Assembly: GCF_000765475.1 (NCBI RefSeq)
Contig: NZ_JRHO01000014.1
Coordinates: 365,687-389,686, forward strand
From: Methanococcoides methylutens
Lineage (GTDB): Archaea > Halobacteriota > Methanosarcinia > Methanosarcinales > Methanosarcinaceae
Length of the DNA: 24,000 bases
Reading direction: 5' to 3'
The notes under the pieces are model-generated. The model saw only the letters and a list, made by a program, of their open reading frames with translations, was not told where the DNA came from and made no database searches. The position numbers and the translations under genes are program-made. Position 1 is the stretch's first letter. Every line of letters starts with the position of its first letter. Below, one piece after another: positions 14,713 to 22,920 of this stretch.

Positions 14713-17700
14713 CTATATCTCCTCCTACTAGTGCTGATACATCCAGGATCGGTATGACCCTTCCATCCCCCAGAATTGTAACTCCAATAAATCCTTTAAC
14801 TTTTGACAAAACACTGCCCAGTGGTTTTATCACTATTTCTTGTTGATCAATTATTGAATCAACAAGTAACGCAACTTCTTCACTTTCCCTCTCTACAATA
14901 ATACCAACTTCTTTTTCCAATTGTTTGCCATACTCCCCAATATCAAAAAATTCTTTTAATCTTATTGCAGGCAGCAGCTTTTCTCTTACATAAAGCAGTG
15001 GCTGATCACGTATAAGTTTGAAATTATCTTTGTTAACATCGAGTGCTTCAACAACATTGGAAATTGGAATTGCATAAGTCTCATTCCCGGATTCAACAAC
15101 AAGTGACTTTATAATTGCAACTGTGGGAGGGAGGTTGATCCTCATCTTGGTACCTTTCCCGTTCTGGGAGTATATTTTTATTTTACCACCCAGTTTCTCG
15201 ACAGTTGTCTTCACGGCATCCATTCCGACCCCTCGTCCTGAGATCTCGGTCGCACTGTCTTTTGTAGATAGTCCTGAAGTAAAAATAAGCATCCTAATTT
15301 CATCTTCACTAAGTTTATCCAAATCAGTCGATGAAATGATCCCCTTTTCTAAAGCCTTATTCTTGATCTTTTTCAAATCCAGACCTTTCCCGTCATCTTC
15401 AATTTCAATTATGACGTTGCTCTTCTCCCTTTTTGCTGAAAGTTTTATATGTCCTGTTTGACTTTTACCGGCTTTTGCTCTTTCTTCCGGAGTTTCGATT
15501 CCATGATCGACACAATTCCTTACAAGATGAACCAAAGGATCACTAATTTCGTCAAGAATAGTCCTATCGAGTTCAGTTTCCTGACCCTCGATTTCAAAAC
15601 CTATGTCTTTTTCAAACTTTCTACTTAGGTCCCTCACCATTCTTGGGAATTTTTTGAATACCTTTTCGATTTTGACCATTCTCATCATCATAACTTCATC
15701 TTGTAAACTTGTGATGGATTTGTCCAAAATTGCAGTAGCCTCTTCCAGTTCGGGTATCCTATGCTCCTGGGAAATTTGAAGAAGGCAACCTTTGTTAATT
15801 ACAAGTTCTCCAACAAGGTTCATTATGCTATCAATATTGGAAACTCGAACACGTATTGTATCCTGCCTTTTGTTCCCCACTGATCCTTTTTTAGTAGTAT
15901 CCTGCTTGGCAGTGCAATTATCTTGATTTGATCCAATATTTCTGATGTTAACTACTTCTTTCTGGATATCTTCTTCCACCATTAACGGAGATTCATCTTC
16001 CTGAATACTTTCTTCAGACATTAACGAAACTTCATCTTTCTGAATACTTTCTTCAGACACTAACGAAACTTCATCTTTCTGAATACTTTCTTCAGACATT
16101 AACGAAACTTCATCTTTCTGAATACTTTCTTCAGACACTAACGAAACTTCATCTTTCTGAATACTTTCTTCAGAAATTAACGAAACTTCATCTTTCTGAA
16201 TACTTTCTTCAGAAATTAACGAAACTTCATCTTCCAGAATAATTTCTTCAGACATTAACGGAGATTCATCTTCCTGAATAATTTCTTCAGATATTAACGA
16301 GGATTCATCTTCCAGAATACTTTCTTCAAACATTAACGAAGCTTCTTCATCCTGAATGATTTCCTTTGCCGATATTGCACCGGAATAGTTATTCCCGAAA
16401 AGTGTGTTTATCAATTTCCTTAACTTTTCCTGAAGAGAACAATTTTCATTACTGAGAATTTCCTTAAATGTAAACATCATACTTTCATTTGTTTGAATAG
16501 TAGATTCGATTATTTCTTGCTCCCCTTTACTTCCTTCATTATTGGGAATATCCTCCTGAGCAATATTTTCCATTTCATCCTGATTTGGGAGTTGAATTTC
16601 CTCAGTGACTTCTTCTTGTTCACAGGAGATAATTTCAAAATTATCAATTTCAGAAATTTTGTTCATTACATCTTCCACTTTACCCGCATCCCCCTTGATG
16701 AAGGCTTTAAGTGAACCCTTAAAAGTGCTATCGATCTCTTCTTCCGTAGGTTCTGTTCTTATAACATACCCCGCTTCTTTCAAAGATTCAATAACAAGTA
16801 TCGCTTTCAATTCCTTTATATCAGAATCAGGAGCTAGTTTTACATTGAGTATGAGATTATGCCCCCCATCCCCCTTTTCACAATTCAGATCTTCTGTTTC
16901 CAAAGACCCTGATGTTTCGGAGACAGCTTCTTCCAGAGGACAAGAATCCACATTTTCCTCATTTTCTTCTTGATCACAGGAGATGACTTCAAAATTATCA
17001 ATTTCAGAAATTTTGTTCATTACATCTTCCACTTTACCCGCATCCCCCTTGATGAAGGCTATAAGTGAACCCTTAAAAGTGCTATCGATCTCTTCTTCTG
17101 TAGGTTCTGTTCTTATAACATGCCCTGCTTCTTTCAGAGATTCAATAACCAATATTGCTTTCAATTCCTTTATATCAGAATCAGGAGCTAGTTTTACATT
17201 GAGTATGAGATTATGTTCTGCGCCCTCATTTTTAGATTTCATATCTTCTGTTTCCAGAGATCTTACCACAGAAGAGACATCTTTTTTCAAAGAAGAATCC
17301 ACAGATTCGTTATGTTCTTCTTGATCACAGGAGATAACTTCAAAATTATCAATTTCAGAAATTTTGTTCATTACATCTTCCACTTTGCCCGCATCCCCCT
17401 TGATGAAGGCTTTAAGTGAACCCTTAAAAGTGCTATCGATCTCTTCTTCTGTAGGTTCTGTTCTTATAACATGTCCTGCTTCTTTCAGAGATTCAATAAC
17501 CAATATAGCTTTCAATTCCTTTATATCAGAATCAGGAGCTATTTTTACATTGAGTATGAGATTAGGTTCTCCGTCCTCATTTTCAGAATTTAGATCTTCT
17601 GTTTCCAGAGATCCTGTTACGGCAGAGACATCTTCTTCCCGATGAGTAAATTCCACATCTTCGGCTTCCTGCGTATCTATTATTGCAGAGGTGCTTTCTT

Positions 17701-18109
17701 CAGGGATGCGATCTTCAACTTCTTCATCTTTTTGAGATTTATACATGTCGAAAGCATTTAGAAGGTTGTCGATTTTAATCTCATCGTTGCCTTCGCTTTC
17801 TATTTTCTCCACCATTTCATTTATTCGATCTACAGTTGAAAGCATTATGTCTATAAGGTCGCTATCAATTACGATATCGCCACATTTTATGCCACTTAAA
17901 ACTTCTTCCATGCTGTGACAGAGTTTTTCAAGTGATGCATATCCAAGGAATCCTGCCATTCCTTTAATTGTGTGTGCTACTCTGAATATTTCATCCAAAG
18001 CGTCATTATCACCATTTTCCAGATCTACAAAAGACTGATTGAATATCTCAAGATACTCATTTACTTCCTGAAGGAAATCATCCTTGTAAGCGTCCATATC
18101 AGTTTGCAT
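14705..18109 (-). CDS. cheA: Chemotaxis histidine kinase CheA, unusually long (1134 aa) because of internal tandem duplications
   Basis: HPt (P1) with the phospho-His context RVAHTIKGMAG (H46). Dimerisation/P3 begins at TIRVRVSNIDSIMNLVGELV. The kinase N box is HLVRNCVDHGIE, G1 is IEDDGKGLD and G2 is SGRGVGMD. P5 is CheW-like (YAIPISNVVEAL...ILGDGRVIPILD). About 640 aa lie between P1 and P3, and most of that is repeats. Confidence 0.95.
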   Translation of the reverse strand: MQTDMDAYKDDFLQEVNEYLEIFNQSFVDLENGDNDALDEIFRVAHTIKGMAGFLGYASLEKLCHSMEEVLSGIKCGDIVIDSDLIDIMLSTVDRINEMVEKIESEGNDEIKIDNLLNAFDMYKSQKDEEVEDRIPEESTSAIIDTQEAEDVEFTHREEDVSAVTGSLETEDLNSENEDGEPNLILNVKIAPDSDIKELKAILVIESLKEAGHVIRTEPTEEEIDSTFKGSLKAFIKGDAGKVEDVMNKISEIDNFEVISCDQEEHNESVDSSLKKDVSSVVRSLETEDMKSKNEGAEHNLILNVKLAPDSDIKELKAILVIESLKEAGHVIRTEPTEEEIDSTFKGSLIAFIKGDAGKVEDVMNKISEIDNFEVISCDQEENEENVDSCPLEEAVSETSGSLETEDLNCEKGDGGHNLILNVKLAPDSDIKELKAILVIESLKEAGYVIRTEPTEEEIDSTFKGSLKAFIKGDAGKVEDVMNKISEIDNFEIISCEQEEVTEEIQLPNQDEMENIAQEDIPNNEGSKGEQEIIESTIQTNESMMFTFKEILSNENCSLQEKLRKLINTLFGNNYSGAISAKEIIQDEEASLMFEESILEDESSLISEEIIQEDESPLMSEEIILEDEVSLISEESIQKDEVSLISEESIQKDEVSLVSEESIQKDEVSLMSEESIQKDEVSLVSEESIQKDEVSLMSEESIQEDESPLMVEEDIQKEVVNIRNIGSNQDNCTAKQDTTKKGSVGNKRQDTIRVRVSNIDSIMNLVGELVINKGCLLQISQEHRIPELEEATAILDKSITSLQDEVMMMRMVKIEKVFKKFPRMVRDLSRKFEKDIGFEIEGQETELDRTILDEISDPLVHLVRNCVDHGIETPEERAKAGKSQTGHIKLSAKREKSNVIIEIEDDGKGLDLKKIKNKALEKGIISSTDLDKLSEDEIRMLIFTSGLSTKDSATEISGRGVGMDAVKTTVEKLGGKIKIYSQNGKGTKMRINLPPTVAIIKSLVVESGNETYAIPISNVVEALDVNKDNFKLIRDQPLLYVREKLLPAIRLKEFFDIGEYGKQLEKEVGIIVERESEEVALLVDSIIDQQEIVIKPLGSVLSKVKGFIGVTILGDGRVIPILDVSALVGGDIDA
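15981..16370 (-). repeat. In-frame 39-nt (13-aa) tandem repeat array, about 10 units, inside cheA
   Basis: On the plus strand, units starting A[T/C]TAACG... occur at 15981, 16020, 16059, 16098, 16137, 16176, 16215, 16254, 16293 and 16332. The five central units differ by only 1-2 nt (consensus ATTAACGAAACTTCATCTTTCTGAATACTTTCTTCAGAC). They encode SEESIQKDEVSL[V/M/I]. The outer units are more degenerate. Confidence 0.95.
16616..17640 (-). repeat. Three tandem modules of 351-354 nt (117-118 aa) inside cheA; P2-like domain plus linker
   Basis: The anchor CACAGGAGAT recurs at 16621, 16975 and 17326 on the plus strand. Cores of about 240 nt are near-identical; I count about 6-7 mismatches between copies 1 and 2 by eye. 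Each encodes NLILNVK[IL]APDSDIKELKAILVIESLKEAG[HY]VIRTEPTEEEIDSTFKGSL[KI]AFIKGDAGKVEDVMNKISEIDNFE[VI]IS. The linkers are more diverged but all contain SLETED. Confidence 0.92.
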
Positions 18110-19157
18110 TGCATTTCACCTCTAACATCCTAATAATTTCTTCAGGTATCTCAAAAATAGGTTTTACAACGTCAATTGCTCCGGCTTCGATTGCAGCTTT
18201 TGGCATCCCAAAAATAACACAGGTATCTTCACTGCATGCTATGGTAGATCCATTTGATTCTTTTATTTTTTTGAATCCGGATGCTCCATCGACCCCCATT
18301 CCCGTAAGTATTGTGGCGATTGAATTTTTCCCATATACATTTACAAAGCTTTCAACAGTCACATCGACAGAAGGCATTACAGCGTGCATCGGTTCACCTT
18401 TTATGATCTTTATCCTGGTTACATTCAAGGCTTTTCGAATTTGCATATGATAGCCACCAGGGGCGATGTAAGCAACTCCATTTTTTACTTTCTCATTATT
18501 TTCAGCTTCTTTTACTTCAAGTTCTGATAAGGTATTCAATCTCGCAGCTAACTGGCTACAAAAATTGCCTTCTGGCATATGCTGGACTACAAAAACCGAT
18601 GCTGGCAGGTTGCCTGGCAATCTTGGAATTATTTGCTCAAGAGAAGAAGGGCCACCTGTTGATGAACCAATAAGTACTCCCATATTTTGCATCTCCGGAC
18701 AATTCCAGTTTCCATTTATTACCTCACCTTTGAACTTTTTCAGGTTGAGTAGTCTTATAATGTTTGGATTTGAATTGTGGATGCTACGAACTTTCGTTAT
18801 TAGCTCGCTTTCGCTCTTAGCTATTTCTTGTAAGCCACTGGGTTTTGTTATAAAATCGATCGCACCAAGTCTCAAAGCTTCCAGAGCTTCTCTAGAACCC
18901 TTTTTGGTGAGAGAGCTAAACATTATAATAGGTATCGGAGTTGTATCCATTATAGCTTCAACGGCTGCCAGCCCATCCATGACAGGCATATTAACATCCA
19001 TTACTATAACTTCCGGCTTTAGCTTATTCGCTTTTTCTACAGCTTCTTTGCCATTTTTTGCAATCCCGATGACTTCTATATCGCCAGCACTCTCAAGCAT
19101 GTCTCTTGCTGCCCTTCTCATTAAGGCAGAATCATCAACAACAAGGGTTTTGATCAT
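18099..19157 (-). CDS. cheB: Chemotaxis response regulator protein-glutamate methylesterase CheB
   Basis: 352 aa. REC domain (LVVDDSALMRR, VIVMDVNMPVMDG, KP). Catalytic domain with GSSTGGP (Ser), VVQHMP (His) and LTGMGVDG (Asp). Overlaps cheA by 11 nt. Confidence 0.95.
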   Translation of the reverse strand: MIKTLVVDDSALMRRAARDMLESAGDIEVIGIAKNGKEAVEKANKLKPEVIVMDVNMPVMDGLAAVEAIMDTTPIPIIMFSSLTKKGSREALEALRLGAIDFITKPSGLQEIAKSESELITKVRSIHNSNPNIIRLLNLKKFKGEVINGNWNCPEMQNMGVLIGSSTGGPSSLEQIIPRLPGNLPASVFVVQHMPEGNFCSQLAARLNTLSELEVKEAENNEKVKNGVAYIAPGGYHMQIRKALNVTRIKIIKGEPMHAVMPSVDVTVESFVNVYGKNSIATILTGMGVDGASGFKKIKESNGSTIACSEDTCVIFGMPKAAIEAGAIDVVKPIFEIPEEIIRMLEVKCNAN

Positions 19158-19171
19158 ATTTTACCCGGCCT

Positions 19172-19534
19172 TTATGCGCCAGTAACTTTTTTAATTTCTT
19201 CAAGGACCTTTGGTGCCTGGAAGGGCTTTATGATATATCCTTTTGCACCAAGCTTGATGGCTGTCTTTACTATTTTTTCCTGACCAATAGCGGTACACAT
19301 TACAACTTTTGCACCTTTGTCAAAGCTTTTTATCTGTTTTAAAGCATCAATTCCATTCATATCCGGCATAACTATATCCATTGTTACTACATCCGGATTT
19401 AATTCCTTGTACATTTCTACAGCCTGGTTCCCATTTTCAGCTTCCCCGGCTATATCGAATCCTGCTCCAAAGAGTATGTTCTTCAAAAGCTTTCTCATAA
19501 ATGCTGTGTCATCGACAATTAATACTTTTGGCAT
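19172..19534 (-). CDS. cheY: Chemotaxis response regulator CheY
   Basis: 120 aa single REC domain: VLIVDDTAFMR, VTMDIVMPDMNG (phospho-Asp), MCTAIG, YIIKPF. Confidence 0.95.
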   Translation of the reverse strand: MPKVLIVDDTAFMRKLLKNILFGAGFDIAGEAENGNQAVEMYKELNPDVVTMDIVMPDMNGIDALKQIKSFDKGAKVVMCTAIGQEKIVKTAIKLGAKGYIIKPFQAPKVLEEIKKVTGA

Positions 19535-19551
19535 GTAATCTCACCTTTTAA

Positions 19552-20352
19552 TTATAAATTCGGTATGTCCCCAACCATGGTCACCCCACGAGGGGTTAAT
19601 TCAACTTCTTTTCTTATTTTCACAACTTTTGCCAAACCGGAATCAACTAACCTATCATAGTACTCATTAAGTTCGTCTGTAGAAATTCCGATCATATTCT
19701 CTATTGAAACAAAATCTAATCCAGAATATACAAGTGTTAAAATCTGTTTTTCCATATCTGTAAATTCTATCCCGGGTTTATGTGTTTCAATAAGGCGGTT
19801 AAGATAATTTTCAAGCATCTCCAATGTAGTTTCAGGGCACATTAGTAAGCTTGTAGCGACCTGACCATTCTCAACTTTGGACAGGACAAGAACTTTTCTC
19901 TGTTTACCCCCAACATTTCTCACATCTTTCACCACAGTGCCCAGACTATCAAACAGCATCTTCTGCTGCTTTTTTGGTGAGATGAACCAGAATCCCTCAT
20001 CAGTCACACTAAAATAACCTTTCTCCCACTGAGTTCCAGATGAAACTACACCTCCAACTGTTGCTGAATCAAGGTAATAGACCGCAAATCTATCGGCTTT
20101 CAAATTAAATGCAAGAAACCGGAAAACCTGTTGCATGAGATTCTCCGGGGGCTTGATGATAATCTCTCCATCATTCTTGATCCTAATTGCCTCTACGCCC
20201 TCAACTTCAACATTACCAATGTCTTCAATTTCGTTTACCTGAATTTTGGTATTCCCAATGCATAGGATTTGCTCGGTAACGATGAGTTCCGCATCAACCC
20301 ATTTGCCATCATACAATTTTGCAGGAGTCTGGAGGTGAACTTTGCCATTCAT
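19552..20352 (-). CDS. cheF: Probable CheF, the archaea-specific adaptor between CheY-P and the archaellum (DUF439 family)
   Basis: 266 aa with no match to a bacterial Che family. It lies between cheW and cheY and forms an ATGA overlap with cheW. Archaeal che operons characteristically encode CheF. The C-terminal third looks winged-helix-like (EKQILTLVYSGLDFVSIENMIGISTDELNEYYDRLVDSGLAKV). The assignment is by context and elimination, not by a recognised motif. Confidence 0.65.
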   Translation of the reverse strand: MNGKVHLQTPAKLYDGKWVDAELIVTEQILCIGNTKIQVNEIEDIGNVEVEGVEAIRIKNDGEIIIKPPENLMQQVFRFLAFNLKADRFAVYYLDSATVGGVVSSGTQWEKGYFSVTDEGFWFISPKKQQKMLFDSLGTVVKDVRNVGGKQRKVLVLSKVENGQVATSLLMCPETTLEMLENYLNRLIETHKPGIEFTDMEKQILTLVYSGLDFVSIENMIGISTDELNEYYDRLVDSGLAKVVKIRKEVELTPRGVTMVGDIPNL

Positions 20353-20828
20353 CTTTGCATACCTTCGATTTCCTCTTCACTAAACACTTTATCCAGATCC
20401 ATTAATGTCAAAAGACCATCATCGAGTTTCCCCACACCAGTCAGGAATTTTGAATCGTTTCTTGACGTTATAATGCTTGGTAACTCATCTATATTCTTTG
20501 ACGACAGGTACTTGACTTCATTCACTGTATCCACAATCATCCCTATGACTGCGTTTTCGTATTCAACTACAATAATCCTAGTTTCACTGTCCGTTTCTTT
20601 TGTCTCCTTGCCAAATCGAGTTCTTAAATTTATTATAGTCGTAATCTGACCCCTGAGATTTACAACCCCCTCTATGAACTCGGGTGCATTCGGAATTCTT
20701 GTAATCTTGGTTGGCCTGATTATTTCCTTTACCTGAGAAATATCAACACCATATCGTTCTTCTCCAAGAGCGAATACAATAACCTGTACGGTCTGGTCAA
20801 CATCCATCATTTGATTATGAGGATTCAT
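20349..20828 (-). CDS. cheW: Chemotaxis coupling protein CheW
   Basis: 159 aa. Typical CheW sequence: VIVFALGEERYGVDISQVKEIIRPTKITRIPNAPEFIEGVVNLRGQITTIINLRTRFG...IIVVEY...IGMIVDTVNEV. Confidence 0.93.
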   Translation of the reverse strand: MNPHNQMMDVDQTVQVIVFALGEERYGVDISQVKEIIRPTKITRIPNAPEFIEGVVNLRGQITTIINLRTRFGKETKETDSETRIIVVEYENAVIGMIVDTVNEVKYLSSKNIDELPSIITSRNDSKFLTGVGKLDDGLLTLMDLDKVFSEEEIEGMQR

Positions 20829-20871
20829 TTAGATCACCTACAAAAAGATATTAAAAGGAGGTCAAACCTCC

Positions 20872-22827
20872 TTAATTTTCAGAAAATTTGAAGTTTTTCA
20901 AGAGCATATCCGTTGTCTTCTGAGCTAGATCAGTAACATTCTTTATGGAACCACTAACCTGTTCTGATGCTGCAGTCTGTTCTTCGATTGCTGCTGAAGT
21001 TTCCTCGCTGTTTGCAGCATTTTCTTCTGCAGTTGAAGCAACTTCCCCTATGTTCTCATTGATACTCTCGATCTTCTCCATGCCCTCTTCTGCTTTCTGA
21101 TTCAGTTCACCAAGCATCGAATTGATCTTGTCGACCATCTCTGTGATTTCGCCAGACTTACCCAGAGCCCCTCCAATATCTCTGTTACCACTAATTACTT
21201 GTTCTTTGGCTCTTTCAATGGCTTCAGTGACCTTTTTTGTCTCTTTCTGGACATTGACCACAATTCCATTGATCTCGGCTGTGCTGCTTCTTGACTCTTC
21301 AGCAAGTTTCCTTACCTCATCTGCTACAACAGCAAAACCTCTCCCGTGTTCCCCTGCTCTTGCCGCTTCTATTGCTGCATTCAGGGCCAGGAGATTTGTC
21401 TGGTCTGCAATGGATTTGATTTTGTCAGTAACCTTATCGATATTATCAACAGCACCATCAAGAGATGTAACGATGCCAGCAAGTTGCTCGATCTCATTCA
21501 TGATTACTTCGAGGTCTTCCAGTGCACTGTTTGCGAGTTTTTGACTTCCGTCACTCATTTCTACTGCTTTAGCAGAGAAACTTGCAGATTTTGTAGCTGC
21601 TTCACTCAGTTCCTTGAATATCTGTTCGGAAGCTTTTGCATCCAATGATGCAGTATTAGCATGTCTTGAAAGGTTTTCAGATCCTGTTGCAATCTGTTCT
21701 GCAGCAGTTGATATTTGCTCCATACCCGTATTCATCTGGTTGACAGCTTCACGGGACTGATTCACCTCATCCAGCGTAGCATTCATATCGCCCACCGTAG
21801 ACTGAACAATTCCTCTTAGGTTCCCTACAAAGTTATTGAATTCGTCGAAGGTCTTGCCGAAATCATCATCTTTGACCTTCTCAAGCTTGGTATCAAGATC
21901 ACCCTCGCCAACCATTTTAATTCCAGTTCCAAGGTCTCCAAGACATTTATTGGTGTAATCAAGCAATTCTTCGACTTCTTTTTCTTTCTGCTTGATATCG
22001 GTCAGGTCTGTAAGCACTTCCAGTATTCCTTCAAAATTACCTTCCTCGTCATATATAGGTGAAACAGAACTTATTGTGTAGAGCTCACGGTCCAGCCCAT
22101 TTAACCTTACGATTGTTTCTATTGAATCCACACTTTTGCGAGTATCCAGTGCAATTTCAATAATCGACTGGTTGGTTCCAAATTTAGTTTCTGCATCCTC
22201 TCCAACCAGTGTTGTTTTTGCAACAATATCAGAATGAGGCCTTCCTATGATTTCTTCATCAGATTGGAATTGGCTCAGTTTGACAAAATGATCATTTATG
22301 TGCTTGACCTTGCCTTCGGGATCTACGAAAAGTGCAAGTGCAGGTTCTGGTATGCTTTTTACAATTGTTTTCTGGGACTCTGCTTTTGCCAGGACATTTT
22401 CTGTAATGTTCAGGAATACACCATCCAGATAAGCTGCATTTCCCTCGTCATCGTTTACCAGATTACCTTCTTCACGGATGTAAACAGATTCTCCTCTTGT
22501 ATTTTTTATTCTGTAGTTAACTTTGTATGATTTGTTATTTTTCATTGCTATGTCGATAGCTTCATCAATTTTTGGCACATCTTCGGGAAAAACAATGTCC
22601 GACCATGTCAACTTTTTATCAAGATAATCTGTCTTTGGGTAACCTGTGAGCTCATATACATTTTTGCTGATGTAGTATATGTCCCATGATGCTTTTATGT
22701 CACATCTGAAAATAGTAACAGGAAGATTGTCAATCAGCCAGCTAATCTCTTCTTCCTTTTGTTTTGCGTCTTTATTGTCTGGCCCTACAATTGTGATGTT
22801 TTCTGTAATTGGCTCTTTATTTCCCAT
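20872..22827 (-). CDS. Methyl-accepting chemotaxis protein, apparently cytoplasmic, with two N-terminal PAS-like domains
   Basis: ORF 20872-22845. The ATG at 22827 is preferred because AGGAGGAG lies 5 nt upstream. The conserved signalling hairpin is present: [43 protein letters not shown]-like segments are [13 protein letters not shown]...[12 protein letters not shown]...[13 protein letters not shown] and [21 protein letters not shown]...[21 protein letters not shown] see no hydrophobic stretch of TM length. Confidence 0.92.
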   Translation of the reverse strand: MGNKEPITENITIVGPDNKDAKQKEEEISWLIDNLPVTIFRCDIKASWDIYYISKNVYELTGYPKTDYLDKKLTWSDIVFPEDVPKIDEAIDIAMKNNKSYKVNYRIKNTRGESVYIREEGNLVNDDEGNAAYLDGVFLNITENVLAKAESQKTIVKSIPEPALALFVDPEGKVKHINDHFVKLSQFQSDEEIIGRPHSDIVAKTTLVGEDAETKFGTNQSIIEIALDTRKSVDSIETIVRLNGLDRELYTISSVSPIYDEEGNFEGILEVLTDLTDIKQKEKEVEELLDYTNKCLGDLGTGIKMVGEGDLDTKLEKVKDDDFGKTFDEFNNFVGNLRGIVQSTVGDMNATLDEVNQSREAVNQMNTGMEQISTAAEQIATGSENLSRHANTASLDAKASEQIFKELSEAATKSASFSAKAVEMSDGSQKLANSALEDLEVIMNEIEQLAGIVTSLDGAVDNIDKVTDKIKSIADQTNLLALNAAIEAARAGEHGRGFAVVADEVRKLAEESRSSTAEINGIVVNVQKETKKVTEAIERAKEQVISGNRDIGGALGKSGEITEMVDKINSMLGELNQKAEEGMEKIESINENIGEVASTAEENAANSEETSAAIEEQTAASEQVSGSIKNVTDLAQKTTDMLLKNFKFSEN

Positions 22828-22879
22828 AAATACTCCTCCTGACATGATGGATTATTATTATTATCATTATTATGAGTTG

Positions 22880-22920
22880 AAGGCGGAGTATATGTATAGC
22901 ATAGGAAATATATAAAATTA
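22880..22920 (-). promoter_or_regulatory. Candidate promoter of the che operon
   Basis: On the minus strand, TTTTATATATTT (plus-strand 22906-22917) lies about 85 nt upstream of the mcp ATG. This would give a leader of about 55-60 nt, similar to the spacing inferred for arlB1. There is no experimental TSS. Confidence 0.4.

Noticed and set aside
15981-16370. Regular repeats of about 39 nt that at first glance resemble a CRISPR array
   Set aside because: The units are directly adjacent with no unique spacers. They lie in frame inside the long cheA ORF and encode a coherent acidic peptide. No cas genes or leader are present. This is a coding minisatellite, not a CRISPR array.
16605-17645. Three similar plus-strand ORFs (16605-16973, 16983-17324, 17364-17645) encoding ...ISEILFITSSTLPASPLMKA...
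   Set aside because: They are antisense shadows of the three cheA repeat modules. The Ser/Leu/Pro-rich composition is typical of the reverse frame of an acidic coding region. The minus-strand CheA reading is unambiguous.
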